Origin: Gemmatimonadales bacterium
Lineage (GTDB): Bacteria > Gemmatimonadota > Gemmatimonadetes > Gemmatimonadales > Gemmatimonadaceae
DNA: 64,000 nt
Reading direction: 5' to 3'
Assembly: GCA_038237245.1 (NCBI GenBank)
Contig: JBBRYY010000004.1
Coordinates: forward strand, 1,193-65,192
The position numbers and the translations under genes were made by a program. The notes under the pieces are model-generated. The model was not told the DNA's origin. It searched no databases and saw nothing but the letters and a program-made list of their open reading frames with translations. Every line of letters begins with the position of its first letter. Positions within the stretch are counted from its first letter, which is position 1. Positions 1-8,042 of this stretch are shown here, piece after piece.

Positions 1-447
1 ATTGAAGTTGCCGGTGCGGTCGTACTGAATCGTGAAATCGCCCACGCCCGAGCCGACGGTGAGATCGCCCAGGACGCGGTACGGGATACTCCCATTCTTC
101 ATCAGCTCCCGCCCCACCGCGTTGACGCCACTCCAGTTGAACTTGAGCGGGAGCACGACGTCCGCCGAATCGTTGCTCGGTACCGAGAAGTGCCTGTCCA
201 GCGCGCCCGTACCGACATCGAGCGAGTTGACCATTAGCTTGTACGTAACGCGCGAGGCGTCGAGGCGGTAGCCGTTCGGATTATAAACGCTGAGAATGAC
301 ATCGAGCGTTCCACCGGTGAGGCCAACACCGCCGACCTTCACGTTCTTGAAGGTCACGACGGGATCCTTGAAGCCGCCCCTGCCGAGGCCAGCGCACGAC
401 GCACTCGCGAGCGCGACGGCGGATATCAGTGCGATCTTGAGCCGCAT
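1..447 (-). CDS. LEA_2/WHy-domain probable lipoprotein, 3' end cut by window edge
   Basis: Own translation from the ATG at 447-445 stays open to position 1: MRLKIALISAVALASASCAG..VTFKNVKVGGVGLTGGTLDVILSVYNPNGYRLDASRVTYKLMVNS..FNWSGVNAVGRELMKNGSIPYRVLGDLTV. It has a signal peptide plus Cys and LEA type-2 like motifs. It is absent from the ORF track because no stop lies in the window. Confidence 0.6.
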   Translation of the reverse strand, partial: MRLKIALISAVALASASCAGLGRGGFKDPVVTFKNVKVGGVGLTGGTLDVILSVYNPNGYRLDASRVTYKLMVNSLDVGTGALDRHFSVPSNDSADVVLPLKFNWSGVNAVGRELMKNGSIPYRVLGDLTVGSGVGDFTIQYDRTGNFN

Positions 448-471
448 GCTATCTCCAATCCGAATGTGTGA

Positions 472-1857
472 TCAGGACGCGTCGGACGAAGGATCGTCGC
501 TCGCGGCCTTGTTCCTGATCTCGGCCCACCACGCGAGCCGCTTGCTGATCTCCTTCTCGAAGCCGAAGCGCCCCGGCTCGTAGAGCACCGTGCCGCGCAA
601 CTTGTCGGGAAGATACTCCTGCGGAATGTAGGCGTCCTCCGCGTCGTGCGCGTATTGATACCCTTTATGGTACCCCAGTTCCTTCATCAGCGCGGTGGGC
701 GCGTTGCGAATGTGCATGGGTACCTCCTCCGCCGGCGACTCGCGCGCCGCCGCGAGCGCGGCGGACAGCGCCGTCTTCGCACTGTTCGACTTCGGCGCCG
801 TCGCCAGATAGATCGTCATCTCGGCGAGCGGCAGATAGCCCTCCGGCGCCCCGAGCATGTGCCACGCATCGCGCGCGGCAACGGCGAGCTGCAGCGCGTT
901 CGGATCCGCGAGCCCGACATCCTCTGCTGCCATCGCGATCGCGCGACGAAAGATCGTCATGGGATCCTCGCCGCCCTCGATCATGCGCGCCATCCAGTAG
1001 AGCGCACCCTGGGGATCCGAGCCGCGCAGCGACTTGTGATATGCGGAGAGGAGGTTGAAGTGCCCCTCGCCCGACTTGTCGTGGTGCGCGAAGCGGAGCT
1101 GCAGCGCCTCGCGCGCGACGGCTACCGTGACGTGCCCCTTCGCCCCGACGTGCGATGCCGCGGCATCGAGCACCGTGAGCGCGCGACGCGCGTCACCGTC
1201 ACCCTCCGTCGCGATGACCGCGAGCGCGTCCTCGTCGACGATGAGCTCCAGATCGCCGAGCCCGCGCTCCCGGTCGTCGAGCGCCGAGCGCAGCACCGTG
1301 GTGACGGCGTCCGGTGTGAGCGCCTTGAGCACGAAGACGCGTGTGCGCGAGAGCAGCGCGCCATTGATCTCGAACGACGGGTTCTCCGTCGTTGCTCCGA
1401 TCAGTGTGACGGTGCCGCGCTCGACGTGCGGAAGAAAGGCATCCTGCTGCGCGCGATTGAGGCGGTGGATCTCATCGACGAAAAGCACGGTGCCGCGCCC
1501 GCTCATTGCGAGCCGCTCCTCGGCCGCGGCGATGATTTCGCGCACGCGTGGTACACCCTCCGTGACGGCGGAGAATGGGACGAACTCGCGCTCCGTGTAG
1601 TGCGCGATCAACAGCGCGAGCGTGGTCTTGCCGCTGCCGGGCGGTCCCCAGAAGAGCATCGACGTCACCTTCCCGCGCTCGATCGATTCGCGCAGCGCCA
1701 TCCCCGGCGCGAGCAGATGCTCCTGCCCGACGAATTCGTCGAGCGATGCGGGACGCATGCGCGCCGCGAGTGGCTGGGAGCCAGCGGGCGGCGTAAACAG
1801 CGATGGTGCGGGAGTGCCTCCCGGCAATCGGCCGCGCACGCTCCTCGATTGTGCCAT
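472..1857 (-). CDS. rarA: Replication-associated recombination protein A (AAA+ ATPase RarA/MgsA)
   Basis: ORF 472-2493 trimmed to the internal ATG at residue 213 (MAQSRS). Walker A GPPGSGKTTLA, VLFVDEIHRLNRAQQD, and the MgsA C-terminal domain (YHKSLRGSDPQGALYWMARMIEGGEDP). The upstream extension is Arg-rich and overlaps the next gene. Confidence 0.92.
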   Translation of the reverse strand: MAQSRSVRGRLPGGTPAPSLFTPPAGSQPLAARMRPASLDEFVGQEHLLAPGMALRESIERGKVTSMLFWGPPGSGKTTLALLIAHYTEREFVPFSAVTEGVPRVREIIAAAEERLAMSGRGTVLFVDEIHRLNRAQQDAFLPHVERGTVTLIGATTENPSFEINGALLSRTRVFVLKALTPDAVTTVLRSALDDRERGLGDLELIVDEDALAVIATEGDGDARRALTVLDAAASHVGAKGHVTVAVAREALQLRFAHHDKSGEGHFNLLSAYHKSLRGSDPQGALYWMARMIEGGEDPMTIFRRAIAMAAEDVGLADPNALQLAVAARDAWHMLGAPEGYLPLAEMTIYLATAPKSNSAKTALSAALAAARESPAEEVPMHIRNAPTALMKELGYHKGYQYAHDAEDAYIPQEYLPDKLRGTVLYEPGRFGFEKEISKRLAWWAEIRNKAASDDPSSDAS

Positions 1858-1859
1858 GC

Positions 1860-2576
1860 TCAGATCCCCGCTACGGCGCGCGTCGCGAAGTACAGGGCGC
1901 ACCCCGCAACGAAGGCGAGCTGCGGCCGCCAGTCCGTCTTCCCCTGAAATTCCGGAACGAGATTCGAGGCAGCCACGTACAGCGTTACTCCAGCAGAGAG
2001 TCCGAGTCCGATCGCGTCGAGCGCCGGTGCGGCGTCCGTCACGAGCACACCGGCTATCGTCGAAAGGCCGAGCGCGAGCCCCGCCTGCACCGCTCTTGCA
2101 CGCCCCGCGCCAGCCGCCAGGAAGAGACTCGCAATCGCGAAGCCCTCGGGCAGCTTGTGCAGCACGATGGCGATGAACACGAGCGAGCCGAGCGCGGAGC
2201 TGACGCGGAAGGCGCTCGCGATCGCGACGCCGTCGACGAAGGTGTGCAGCAGCAGGCCGGCGAGCGCCGAGACGCTGACGAGCTCCGTGACCTCGTGCGT
2301 CTCCTCGCCGAAGTGGAAGTGCGGCGCGAGCATGTGCTGGGTCAGATGCACGAGGAGATAGCCGGCGAGCGCGGCCATCGCCCCGCGCGCGCCGGAGCGC
2401 TCGATCGCCTCGGGAAAGATATCGGTGAGACTCACGCAGATCATGAAGCCCGCGGCGAGCGCGATCATCGCATCGAGCGCGCGCGTGCTCCACTTCGCGC
2501 GCGTCGCGACCACGAGCGCGCCGACGACGTTCGCCGCCGCGGCGACGAGTGCGTAGACGATCGGCGTGTGCGTCAC
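1860..2576 (-). CDS. ZIP-family divalent metal (zinc) transporter, ZupT-like
   Basis: GTG start at 2576 in a GTGA overlap with the upstream ORF stop. Multi-pass membrane protein with HFHFGEETHE and HKLPEGFA motifs typical of the ZIP family. Confidence 0.85.
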   Translation of the reverse strand: MTHTPIVYALVAAAANVVGALVVATRAKWSTRALDAMIALAAGFMICVSLTDIFPEAIERSGARGAMAALAGYLLVHLTQHMLAPHFHFGEETHEVTELVSVSALAGLLLHTFVDGVAIASAFRVSSALGSLVFIAIVLHKLPEGFAIASLFLAAGAGRARAVQAGLALGLSTIAGVLVTDAAPALDAIGLGLSAGVTLYVAASNLVPEFQGKTDWRPQLAFVAGCALYFATRAVAGI

Positions 2577-3100
2577 TCCGCTTTCATCCCGAGCGAATCG
2601 ACGAACGTGTCGAGCGCGAACTCGAGCTCGGGAGCGGGTGGAAACTCGTGCCGGGAGAGCTTCCAGCTGTTCGTGCGTACGAGTCTCCGCTCCTCGAGCC
2701 CCTTCCCCTGCAACAGATAGAGCCAGCGATCGGTGCGCGCGTAGATGAAGAGCTCGAGCATCGGATTGAGCGTCAGCTGGTCCTCGCCGGAGTAGACGGC
2801 GATCTCGACACCGCCCGCCGCAGCGACCAGCGTCTTGATGCGGGTGAGCGCCTCTCGGACATCGGGAAGTGGGAGTCGGTCGCCGCGCCACTTTCGCTTG
2901 CCGCGTGCATCGACGACGACGAGATCGATGGCTGGCGGCAGCTGGTCCATGAGCGCCAGGAAGAGATCGACGATGCGCTCCGCGTGCGCGACCACGTGCG
3001 CACTGTAGTAGTCCTCTTCCTTCGTGAAGACGAAGCCATCGGCGGCAGTGCGAAAGCGCTTCCATACCGACGTCTCCGGCTGGCGGCCACGAAACCACAT
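2573..3100 (-). CDS. Hypothetical protein (175 aa), no family recognised
   Basis: Balanced, non-Arg-biased composition. 4-nt overlap with the ZIP gene start and only 3 nt after the stop of the nucleotidyltransferase gene. Confidence 0.6.
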   Translation of the reverse strand: MWFRGRQPETSVWKRFRTAADGFVFTKEEDYYSAHVVAHAERIVDLFLALMDQLPPAIDLVVVDARGKRKWRGDRLPLPDVREALTRIKTLVAAAGGVEIAVYSGEDQLTLNPMLELFIYARTDRWLYLLQGKGLEERRLVRTNSWKLSRHEFPPAPELEFALDTFVDSLGMKAE

Positions 3101-3103
3101 GCG

Positions 3104-4456
3104 CTAGCTCTCCGGGGACGGTGACTGTGGTCCAGCGAGCGCGCGCGCACGAGCGAGCAGCTGCTCTTCCGTGTTGCGCGCCGGATCGTCGAGCACCCAG
3201 TCGAGCAACGCGCGAAGCGCGGCGCCGAGCTGCGGGCCGGCCTTGATTCCCACCCTCATGAGGTCGGCGCCATCGATGGAAAGATCGCCGGTCTCGACCG
3301 GATCGCGAAGTGCGACCGACTCGGCCCTCCCGCGCAAAGCCGCGAACGCCTCGCGGCTGCGCTCGTCCCAACCCTCCCCCACTTCCGCCTCGAAGCGCGC
3401 ACCGGCCACCGAGAAGAACGCATCGACGCGTGTACGGCCGATCACCGCGACCCAGCGGCGCACGGTTGCATCCGTGGGCGGCGCTCCGAGCGCGAGCGCA
3501 TCGCGAATCGGCGTTCCCAACGCGTGCCAGCGCTCGACCAGGTCGCCGATCCAGCGCACGCGATCATTCGAGAATCGCAGCTCGCGCAATGCCGCGCGCG
3601 CGGGCGCAGGAGGCACGTCGAGCATGAGCGCGGTGAGTCGGTTGACGGTCCGATGCTCTTCGGCCGCGCTCGATGCGCGCGGGAGCAGGTTGAGCGTGCG
3701 GAGCGCCACATCACGCATCGATGCAAGCGACGGAATGAGCGCCGCGAGCGCGCCGCCGTCCCGCCACAGTTCCAGCGCGTCGCCGGGCCGCTCCACCTGC
3801 GCCATCGTCTTCTCAATCTCCTGCTGCACGCGCTCCATCGAGAGCCGCCCAAGATGAGATGCGGACGCGACGATCGCTGCCCACGTCTCCGCCTCGATAG
3901 TGAAGCCGAAGCGCGCGGCAAAGCGCATCGCCCGCAGCGCGCGGAGTCGATCCTCGCGCATCCGATCCGCCGCGACGCCAACCGCGCGCACCAGCTTGCG
4001 CTCCAGATCCTCCTGTCCGCGAAACGGGTCGTGCAGCTCGCGACTCTCGGGGCCGTATGCGATCGCGTTGATCGTGAAGTCGCGCCGCGCGAGATCCTCG
4101 TCGAGGCTCGCGCCGAACTCCACCACCGCGTGCCGCCCATCGGTGTGCACATCGCGCCGGAAGGTCGTGACCTCGTGCATCGCACCCGCGGCGTCCAGTA
4201 CACCAACGGTCCCGAAGTCGACCCCGACGGGAACTGTGCGCCGGAAGAGTCGCTGCACCTGCTGTGGCGTGGCGGCCGTCGCGATGTCCCAGTCGAGGTT
4301 TCGGTGCCCCAGGAGGGCATCGCGCACCGCGCCGCCGACGAACCAGCTCTCGTGCCCCGCACGCATCAGCGTCTGTGCAATGGCAAGCACAGATGCGGAG
4401 GGCAGAAGTAGCGCTCCACGCCCCTCGGAGGGATTCAAACCGCTACCTTTACTCAC
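3104..4456 (-). CDS. tRNA nucleotidyltransferase / poly(A) polymerase family protein (CCA-adding enzyme-like)
   Basis: N-terminal head domain FVGGAVRDALLG..DWDIAT, RRDFTINA motif and HD-less tail. Exact start uncertain (GTG at 4456 or shortly downstream). Confidence 0.85.
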   Translation of the reverse strand: MSKGSGLNPSEGRGALLLPSASVLAIAQTLMRAGHESWFVGGAVRDALLGHRNLDWDIATAATPQQVQRLFRRTVPVGVDFGTVGVLDAAGAMHEVTTFRRDVHTDGRHAVVEFGASLDEDLARRDFTINAIAYGPESRELHDPFRGQEDLERKLVRAVGVAADRMREDRLRALRAMRFAARFGFTIEAETWAAIVASASHLGRLSMERVQQEIEKTMAQVERPGDALELWRDGGALAALIPSLASMRDVALRTLNLLPRASSAAEEHRTVNRLTALMLDVPPAPARAALRELRFSNDRVRWIGDLVERWHALGTPIRDALALGAPPTDATVRRWVAVIGRTRVDAFFSVAGARFEAEVGEGWDERSREAFAALRGRAESVALRDPVETGDLSIDGADLMRVGIKAGPQLGAALRALLDWVLDDPARNTEEQLLARARALAGPQSPSPES

Positions 4457-4458
4457 CT

Positions 4459-4884
4459 ATGCATCTCACCGACATACTCGACGGAAGCGCCGCCTGTCCC
4501 GACTTCAAGATGGCCGTCCTTTCGGTGAGCAAGCGGGTCCGCACGCCACTCGTCGCCGCCGCGCGACCCGTGCCCCACGTGAAGATCGTGCGGCTTCTCA
4601 CGCACCTCCTCGAGGTCGAGCCCGCGCTCGAAATCGTCTCGGTGCGAATCAGCGCGGACTCCGGCTGCTCAGATCTCACGGGTGTGATCGACGTGATGTG
4701 CGCCGATGGTGCGCGATGCTTCGCATTCTCGTGGGACTGCGCCTGGCGCGCCGCGGAAATGGGATGGACGGACTGCTTCGGATTCCCCGACCAGATGCGT
4801 GCGGCGCGCGAGTACGACTGGCGCTGCTTCAAGAGCTGGCAGGCGGTGGGCGAACACCACAGCGAGCGCTTCGCGACGGCGTGA
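4459..4884 (+). CDS. Hypothetical Cys/Trp-rich protein (141 aa)
   Basis: High third-position GC in this frame, whereas the antisense ORF 4449-4904 looks non-coding. 7 Cys, 5 Trp and a repeated [DR]-C-F motif. Alternative start at 4510. Confidence 0.55.
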   Translation: MHLTDILDGSAACPDFKMAVLSVSKRVRTPLVAAARPVPHVKIVRLLTHLLEVEPALEIVSVRISADSGCSDLTGVIDVMCADGARCFAFSWDCAWRAAEMGWTDCFGFPDQMRAAREYDWRCFKSWQAVGEHHSERFATA

Positions 4885-4905
4885 ACGCTCGCGCCGTGCG
4901 ACATG

Positions 4906-5661
4906 CTATCCGCACAGCACCGCTCCGCCGTTGACGTTCAGAACCTCGCCCGTGATGTGCCGCGCGTAGTCCGAACAGAGAAACACGATCGGTCCGGCGA
5001 TGTCTCGCGCGGTCGCGACGCGCCCCAACGGAATCGTCTTCTCCACCTGTATCCGCCCATCGCCCACGAGCGACGCCGCGGCCATCTCCGTATCGACCCA
5101 CCCCGGCGCCACACTGTTGAAGGTGATGTCGCGCGGCGCGAGCTCGACCGCCACCGATTTCACGAACGAGATCATCGCGCCTCGCGACGCTGCGTAGTCC
5201 GAGTGCCCGGCCTCGCCGCGCTGCCCCGCGGTGCTCGACACGAGCACGATACGCCCATGATCCGAAATTGCGCGGATCGCCGCCCGTGACGTCGTGAACA
5301 TCGAGTCGAGATTCGCACGCATGGTAGTGTGCCAGCGATCGTCGTCCATCTCGCCGAGCGGGACGTAGTCGAAGGGCCAGATCCCGGCGTTGCCGACGAA
5401 GAGATCGAGCCCGCCGAACTCGCGCTTTGCGCGCGCGAACAGCGAGTCCGTCCCTCCGGGAGCGCTCAGATCCGACGCGTGCGCGAAGGCCCGTACGCCA
5501 AGCGCCGCCATCCGGCGGGCGACGTCCTCAGCATCCTTCTCGCGAGTACGATAGCCAATCCCGACATCCGCCCCACACTCCGCGAGGAGAATCGCCGTGG
5601 CCGCGCCGATGCCGCGCGAGCCGCCGGTGACCAGTGCACGCTTTCCCTTGAGATCGATCAT
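4906..5661 (-). CDS. Short-chain dehydrogenase/reductase (FabG-like)
   Basis: TGGSRGIG cofactor motif, NAG, and SDR core. The active-site motif reads YAASR (Tyr-x3-Arg) instead of Tyr-x3-Lys. Confidence 0.85.
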   Translation of the reverse strand: MIDLKGKRALVTGGSRGIGAATAILLAECGADVGIGYRTREKDAEDVARRMAALGVRAFAHASDLSAPGGTDSLFARAKREFGGLDLFVGNAGIWPFDYVPLGEMDDDRWHTTMRANLDSMFTTSRAAIRAISDHGRIVLVSSTAGQRGEAGHSDYAASRGAMISFVKSVAVELAPRDITFNSVAPGWVDTEMAAASLVGDGRIQVEKTIPLGRVATARDIAGPIVFLCSDYARHITGEVLNVNGGAVLCG

Positions 5662-6242
5662 AGCTCCCGCTCGATGAGCTCGCAGATGGCGTGCTCAATG
5701 CAAAGGTGGAGCTCCTGCGCGCGGTCGGTGCGCTGCGTCGGGATCACGACGCTGACATCAGCGAGCGCGCGCAGCGCGCCGCCGTCACGCGCCGAAAACG
5801 CCAGCACCTTCGCGCCGACTCGATGCGCCGCCTCCGCCGCCCGGAGCACGTTGGGCGACTCGCCACTCGTCGAATGAATCACCAGCAGATCCCCCGGTCG
5901 CACGAGCGCCTCGACCTGTCGCGCAAACACGTGCTCGAAGCCCAGATCGTTCGCGGCGGCGGTCAGCAGCGATGTATCGGTCGTGAGCGCGATCGCCGCA
6001 ACCGCGCGACGCGCGCGCATGTAGCGCACCACGTACTCCGTCGCGAGATGCTGGGCGTCGGCCGCGCTCCCGCCGTTCCCGCAAAAGAAGAGCGTCCGCC
6101 CGGCCTGCACCGTCGAACGGATCAGCGCCGCGGCACGATCGAAGTCCGCCTCGAGCGCCGACGCTGCCGCGAGCGCAGTGTCCGCAAGCTCCCGCAGCGC
6201 GGCGATCACCCCCGCGCTGTCGCGCTTCCCGTCCGCGCTCAC
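5658..6242 (-). CDS. SIS-domain protein (phosphoheptose isomerase GmhA / DiaA-like)
   Basis: GTG at 6242 in a GTGA overlap with the upstream stop. Motifs: FFCGNGGSAADAQHLATE and HSTSGESPNV. Confidence 0.8.
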   Translation of the reverse strand: MSADGKRDSAGVIAALRELADTALAAASALEADFDRAAALIRSTVQAGRTLFFCGNGGSAADAQHLATEYVVRYMRARRAVAAIALTTDTSLLTAAANDLGFEHVFARQVEALVRPGDLLVIHSTSGESPNVLRAAEAAHRVGAKVLAFSARDGGALRALADVSVVIPTQRTDRAQELHLCIEHAICELIEREL

Positions 6243-6997
6243 GACCGCCTCATGAACATTCCCCGCAGCTTCCCGAGCATCCCCTTGTCCGTCTCCGGAA
6301 TCGGCAGCACCGGCAGCACCGCTTCCCTGTTCAGCAGCCGCCGCGCGTTGATCGTGCACAACAGCTCCGCCTGCTCGTGCGCATCGATCGCCTCGAGCCA
6401 GTCGCGCGCCATCGCCAACGAGCGCGTGTCGCCATGCGTGTCGCTCGCGATGCAGTCGATCAGCCCCTCCTCGAGCAGCTTCCGTGCGAGCCGCGACGTC
6501 GGCGCGCTGCCAAACACCATCACCGCATCCATCTGGATCACTGCACCAACGCTTCGCCACTGCTGCACCATCTCCGGCGTGCACTGATGATAGCGCTCGG
6601 GATGCGCGATCACCGGCGTGACTCCGCTCATGCGGATGCGGAGAATCTCTGCAGTTGCGCCCGGCGGCACATGCATGCGCGGGAATTCCACCAGCGCCGC
6701 ACTCGAGTCGCCGAGATGGAGATGCGGCGCACGCAGATCCGCCCCCGGCGCGTCGAGCATGATCTCCCAGCCGAGCACGAGCTCCGGCACCGGCGGCGCA
6801 TGCTCGACGAGATTCGCGAGGATCGCGCGATGCCGCTCGATCGGCGCGCGCTGCGCATCCGTCGCCTTGAGGTGCGGCGTGCACACCAGCACCGTCACGC
6901 CATCCTGCCTGAAACGCTCGAGCACAGGCACGGATACTTCGACGGTTGGCGAACCATCGTCGACGCCCGGCAGCAGATGCGTGTGGATGTCGATCAT
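6239..6997 (-). CDS. PHP-family metal-dependent phosphoesterase (CpsB/YwqE-type tyrosine phosphatase-like)
   Basis: MIDIHTHLLPGVDDG start, AHPERY and ASDTHG motifs. ATGA overlap with the upstream stop at 6994-6997. Confidence 0.8.
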   Translation of the reverse strand: MIDIHTHLLPGVDDGSPTVEVSVPVLERFRQDGVTVLVCTPHLKATDAQRAPIERHRAILANLVEHAPPVPELVLGWEIMLDAPGADLRAPHLHLGDSSAALVEFPRMHVPPGATAEILRIRMSGVTPVIAHPERYHQCTPEMVQQWRSVGAVIQMDAVMVFGSAPTSRLARKLLEEGLIDCIASDTHGDTRSLAMARDWLEAIDAHEQAELLCTINARRLLNREAVLPVLPIPETDKGMLGKLRGMFMRRS

Positions 6998-7719
6998 GCG
7001 CGCGCCGCCAGCGCCAGCGCACCGAGCACGCGCGCACCCCCCTCCTCGAACGCGCCACCGATGACGACCAAGTCCGCCCCCGCATCCCGCGCGCTTCGCA
7101 CCGACTCCGCGCCGCGAATCCCGCCGCCGACCAGCAAGGGTCCGCTCCACGCGGAGCGAGCCGCGCGCACGATCGATGCGCTCACCGCGCGCGACGCGCC
7201 GCTCCCCGCATCGAGATAGGCGGCGTGCATTCCGATGAGCGCCGCCGCGCGCAGATGTGCCGCCGCAACCTCCGGCTTGTCGGCGGGCAGCGGACGCGTC
7301 TGGCTCACCGACTCCACCGAGGTCACGTGTCCGCCATCGACGAGGCAATACGCCGTGCTGATCGCCTGAACCTCCGGATGCTGCAGAAAGAATGGCACCG
7401 CGCGTACGTGCTCCTCGATGAGATACTGCGCGTTCCGCCCCGAGACCAGCGACAGCAGCAGCACCGCATCGACACCCGCATCGAGCTGCGACGCCATCGC
7501 CGGAAATTGCACCAGCGGCAGCTCCGGCGCCGCATGCTTGATGCGCGCCGACAGCTCGCCATCCTCGCGCGCGGGTCCGAAGCTATTCCCCAGCAGCAGC
7601 AGCGCGGCTCCCTCCCCCGCCGCGCGCCGCGCCAGCTCCTCGGCCCCCGCCGACGTCGTGCGGTCGGGGTCGATGAGCACCGCGAGCCCCGAGCGCCCGG
7701 AAAGGATGCTCGCGTTCAT
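6994..7719 (-). CDS. PcrB / (geranyl)geranylglyceryl-phosphate synthase family protein
   Basis: Aligns by eye to B. subtilis PcrB: LIDPDR (cf. KLDPNK), LLSLVSGRNAQYLIEEH, YLDAGSG and LLVGGGIRGAESVRSARDAGADLVVIGGAFEE (cf. FYGGGIKDAETAKQYAEHADVIVVGNAVYED). Confidence 0.8.
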   Translation of the reverse strand: MNASILSGRSGLAVLIDPDRTTSAGAEELARRAAGEGAALLLLGNSFGPAREDGELSARIKHAAPELPLVQFPAMASQLDAGVDAVLLLSLVSGRNAQYLIEEHVRAVPFFLQHPEVQAISTAYCLVDGGHVTSVESVSQTRPLPADKPEVAAAHLRAAALIGMHAAYLDAGSGASRAVSASIVRAARSAWSGPLLVGGGIRGAESVRSARDAGADLVVIGGAFEEGGARVLGALALAARA

Positions 7720-8042
7720 GCGTGGAGCGAAGGAGAAGCGAGCTTCGCAATCGCCGCCATCGCGGACGTCGCGCGAGCGGCGAGCGTCTCCGGCGACTCG
7801 CTCGCCGCCTCGAACGCGTACGTCACCATGGCATCGACGGCGAGGAGATCGAGCGCGCGATTGCGCCCCGCGCAGCCGAGCGCGAGCAGTTCCGCGAGCA
7901 GCGCCTCCGCCGTCGCCAGCACCGCTTCGTGCGCGCTCGACGAGGGGTCACTCAGCCGCGTGCCGAGCAGCACGCGAAGCCGTGCAGCCAACGGCGGAGG
8001 CGGCGTGGGTGTGCGGGCCGAGAGCCACTCGCCAACCGTCAC
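7716..8042 (-). CDS. Hypothetical Ala-rich protein (108 aa)
   Basis: GTG start in a GTGA overlap with the alaS stop, and its stop overlaps the next start. High GC3 in frame. No recognised domain. Confidence 0.45.
   Translation of the reverse strand: MTVGEWLSARTPTPPPPLAARLRVLLGTRLSDPSSSAHEAVLATAEALLAELLALGCAGRNRALDLLAVDAMVTYAFEAASESPETLAARATSAMAAIAKLASPSLHA

Noticed and set aside
472-2493. N-terminal extensions of track ORFs (472-2493, 1860-3371, 5658-7085, 6239-7348, 19060-20322, 20805-22082, 48869-50293 and others) that would make genes overlap by hundreds of nt.
   Set aside because: The extensions are Arg-rich and non-homologous. Internal ATG or GTG starts coincide with family N-termini and give 1-4 nt overlaps with the upstream stop, so the genes were trimmed to those starts.
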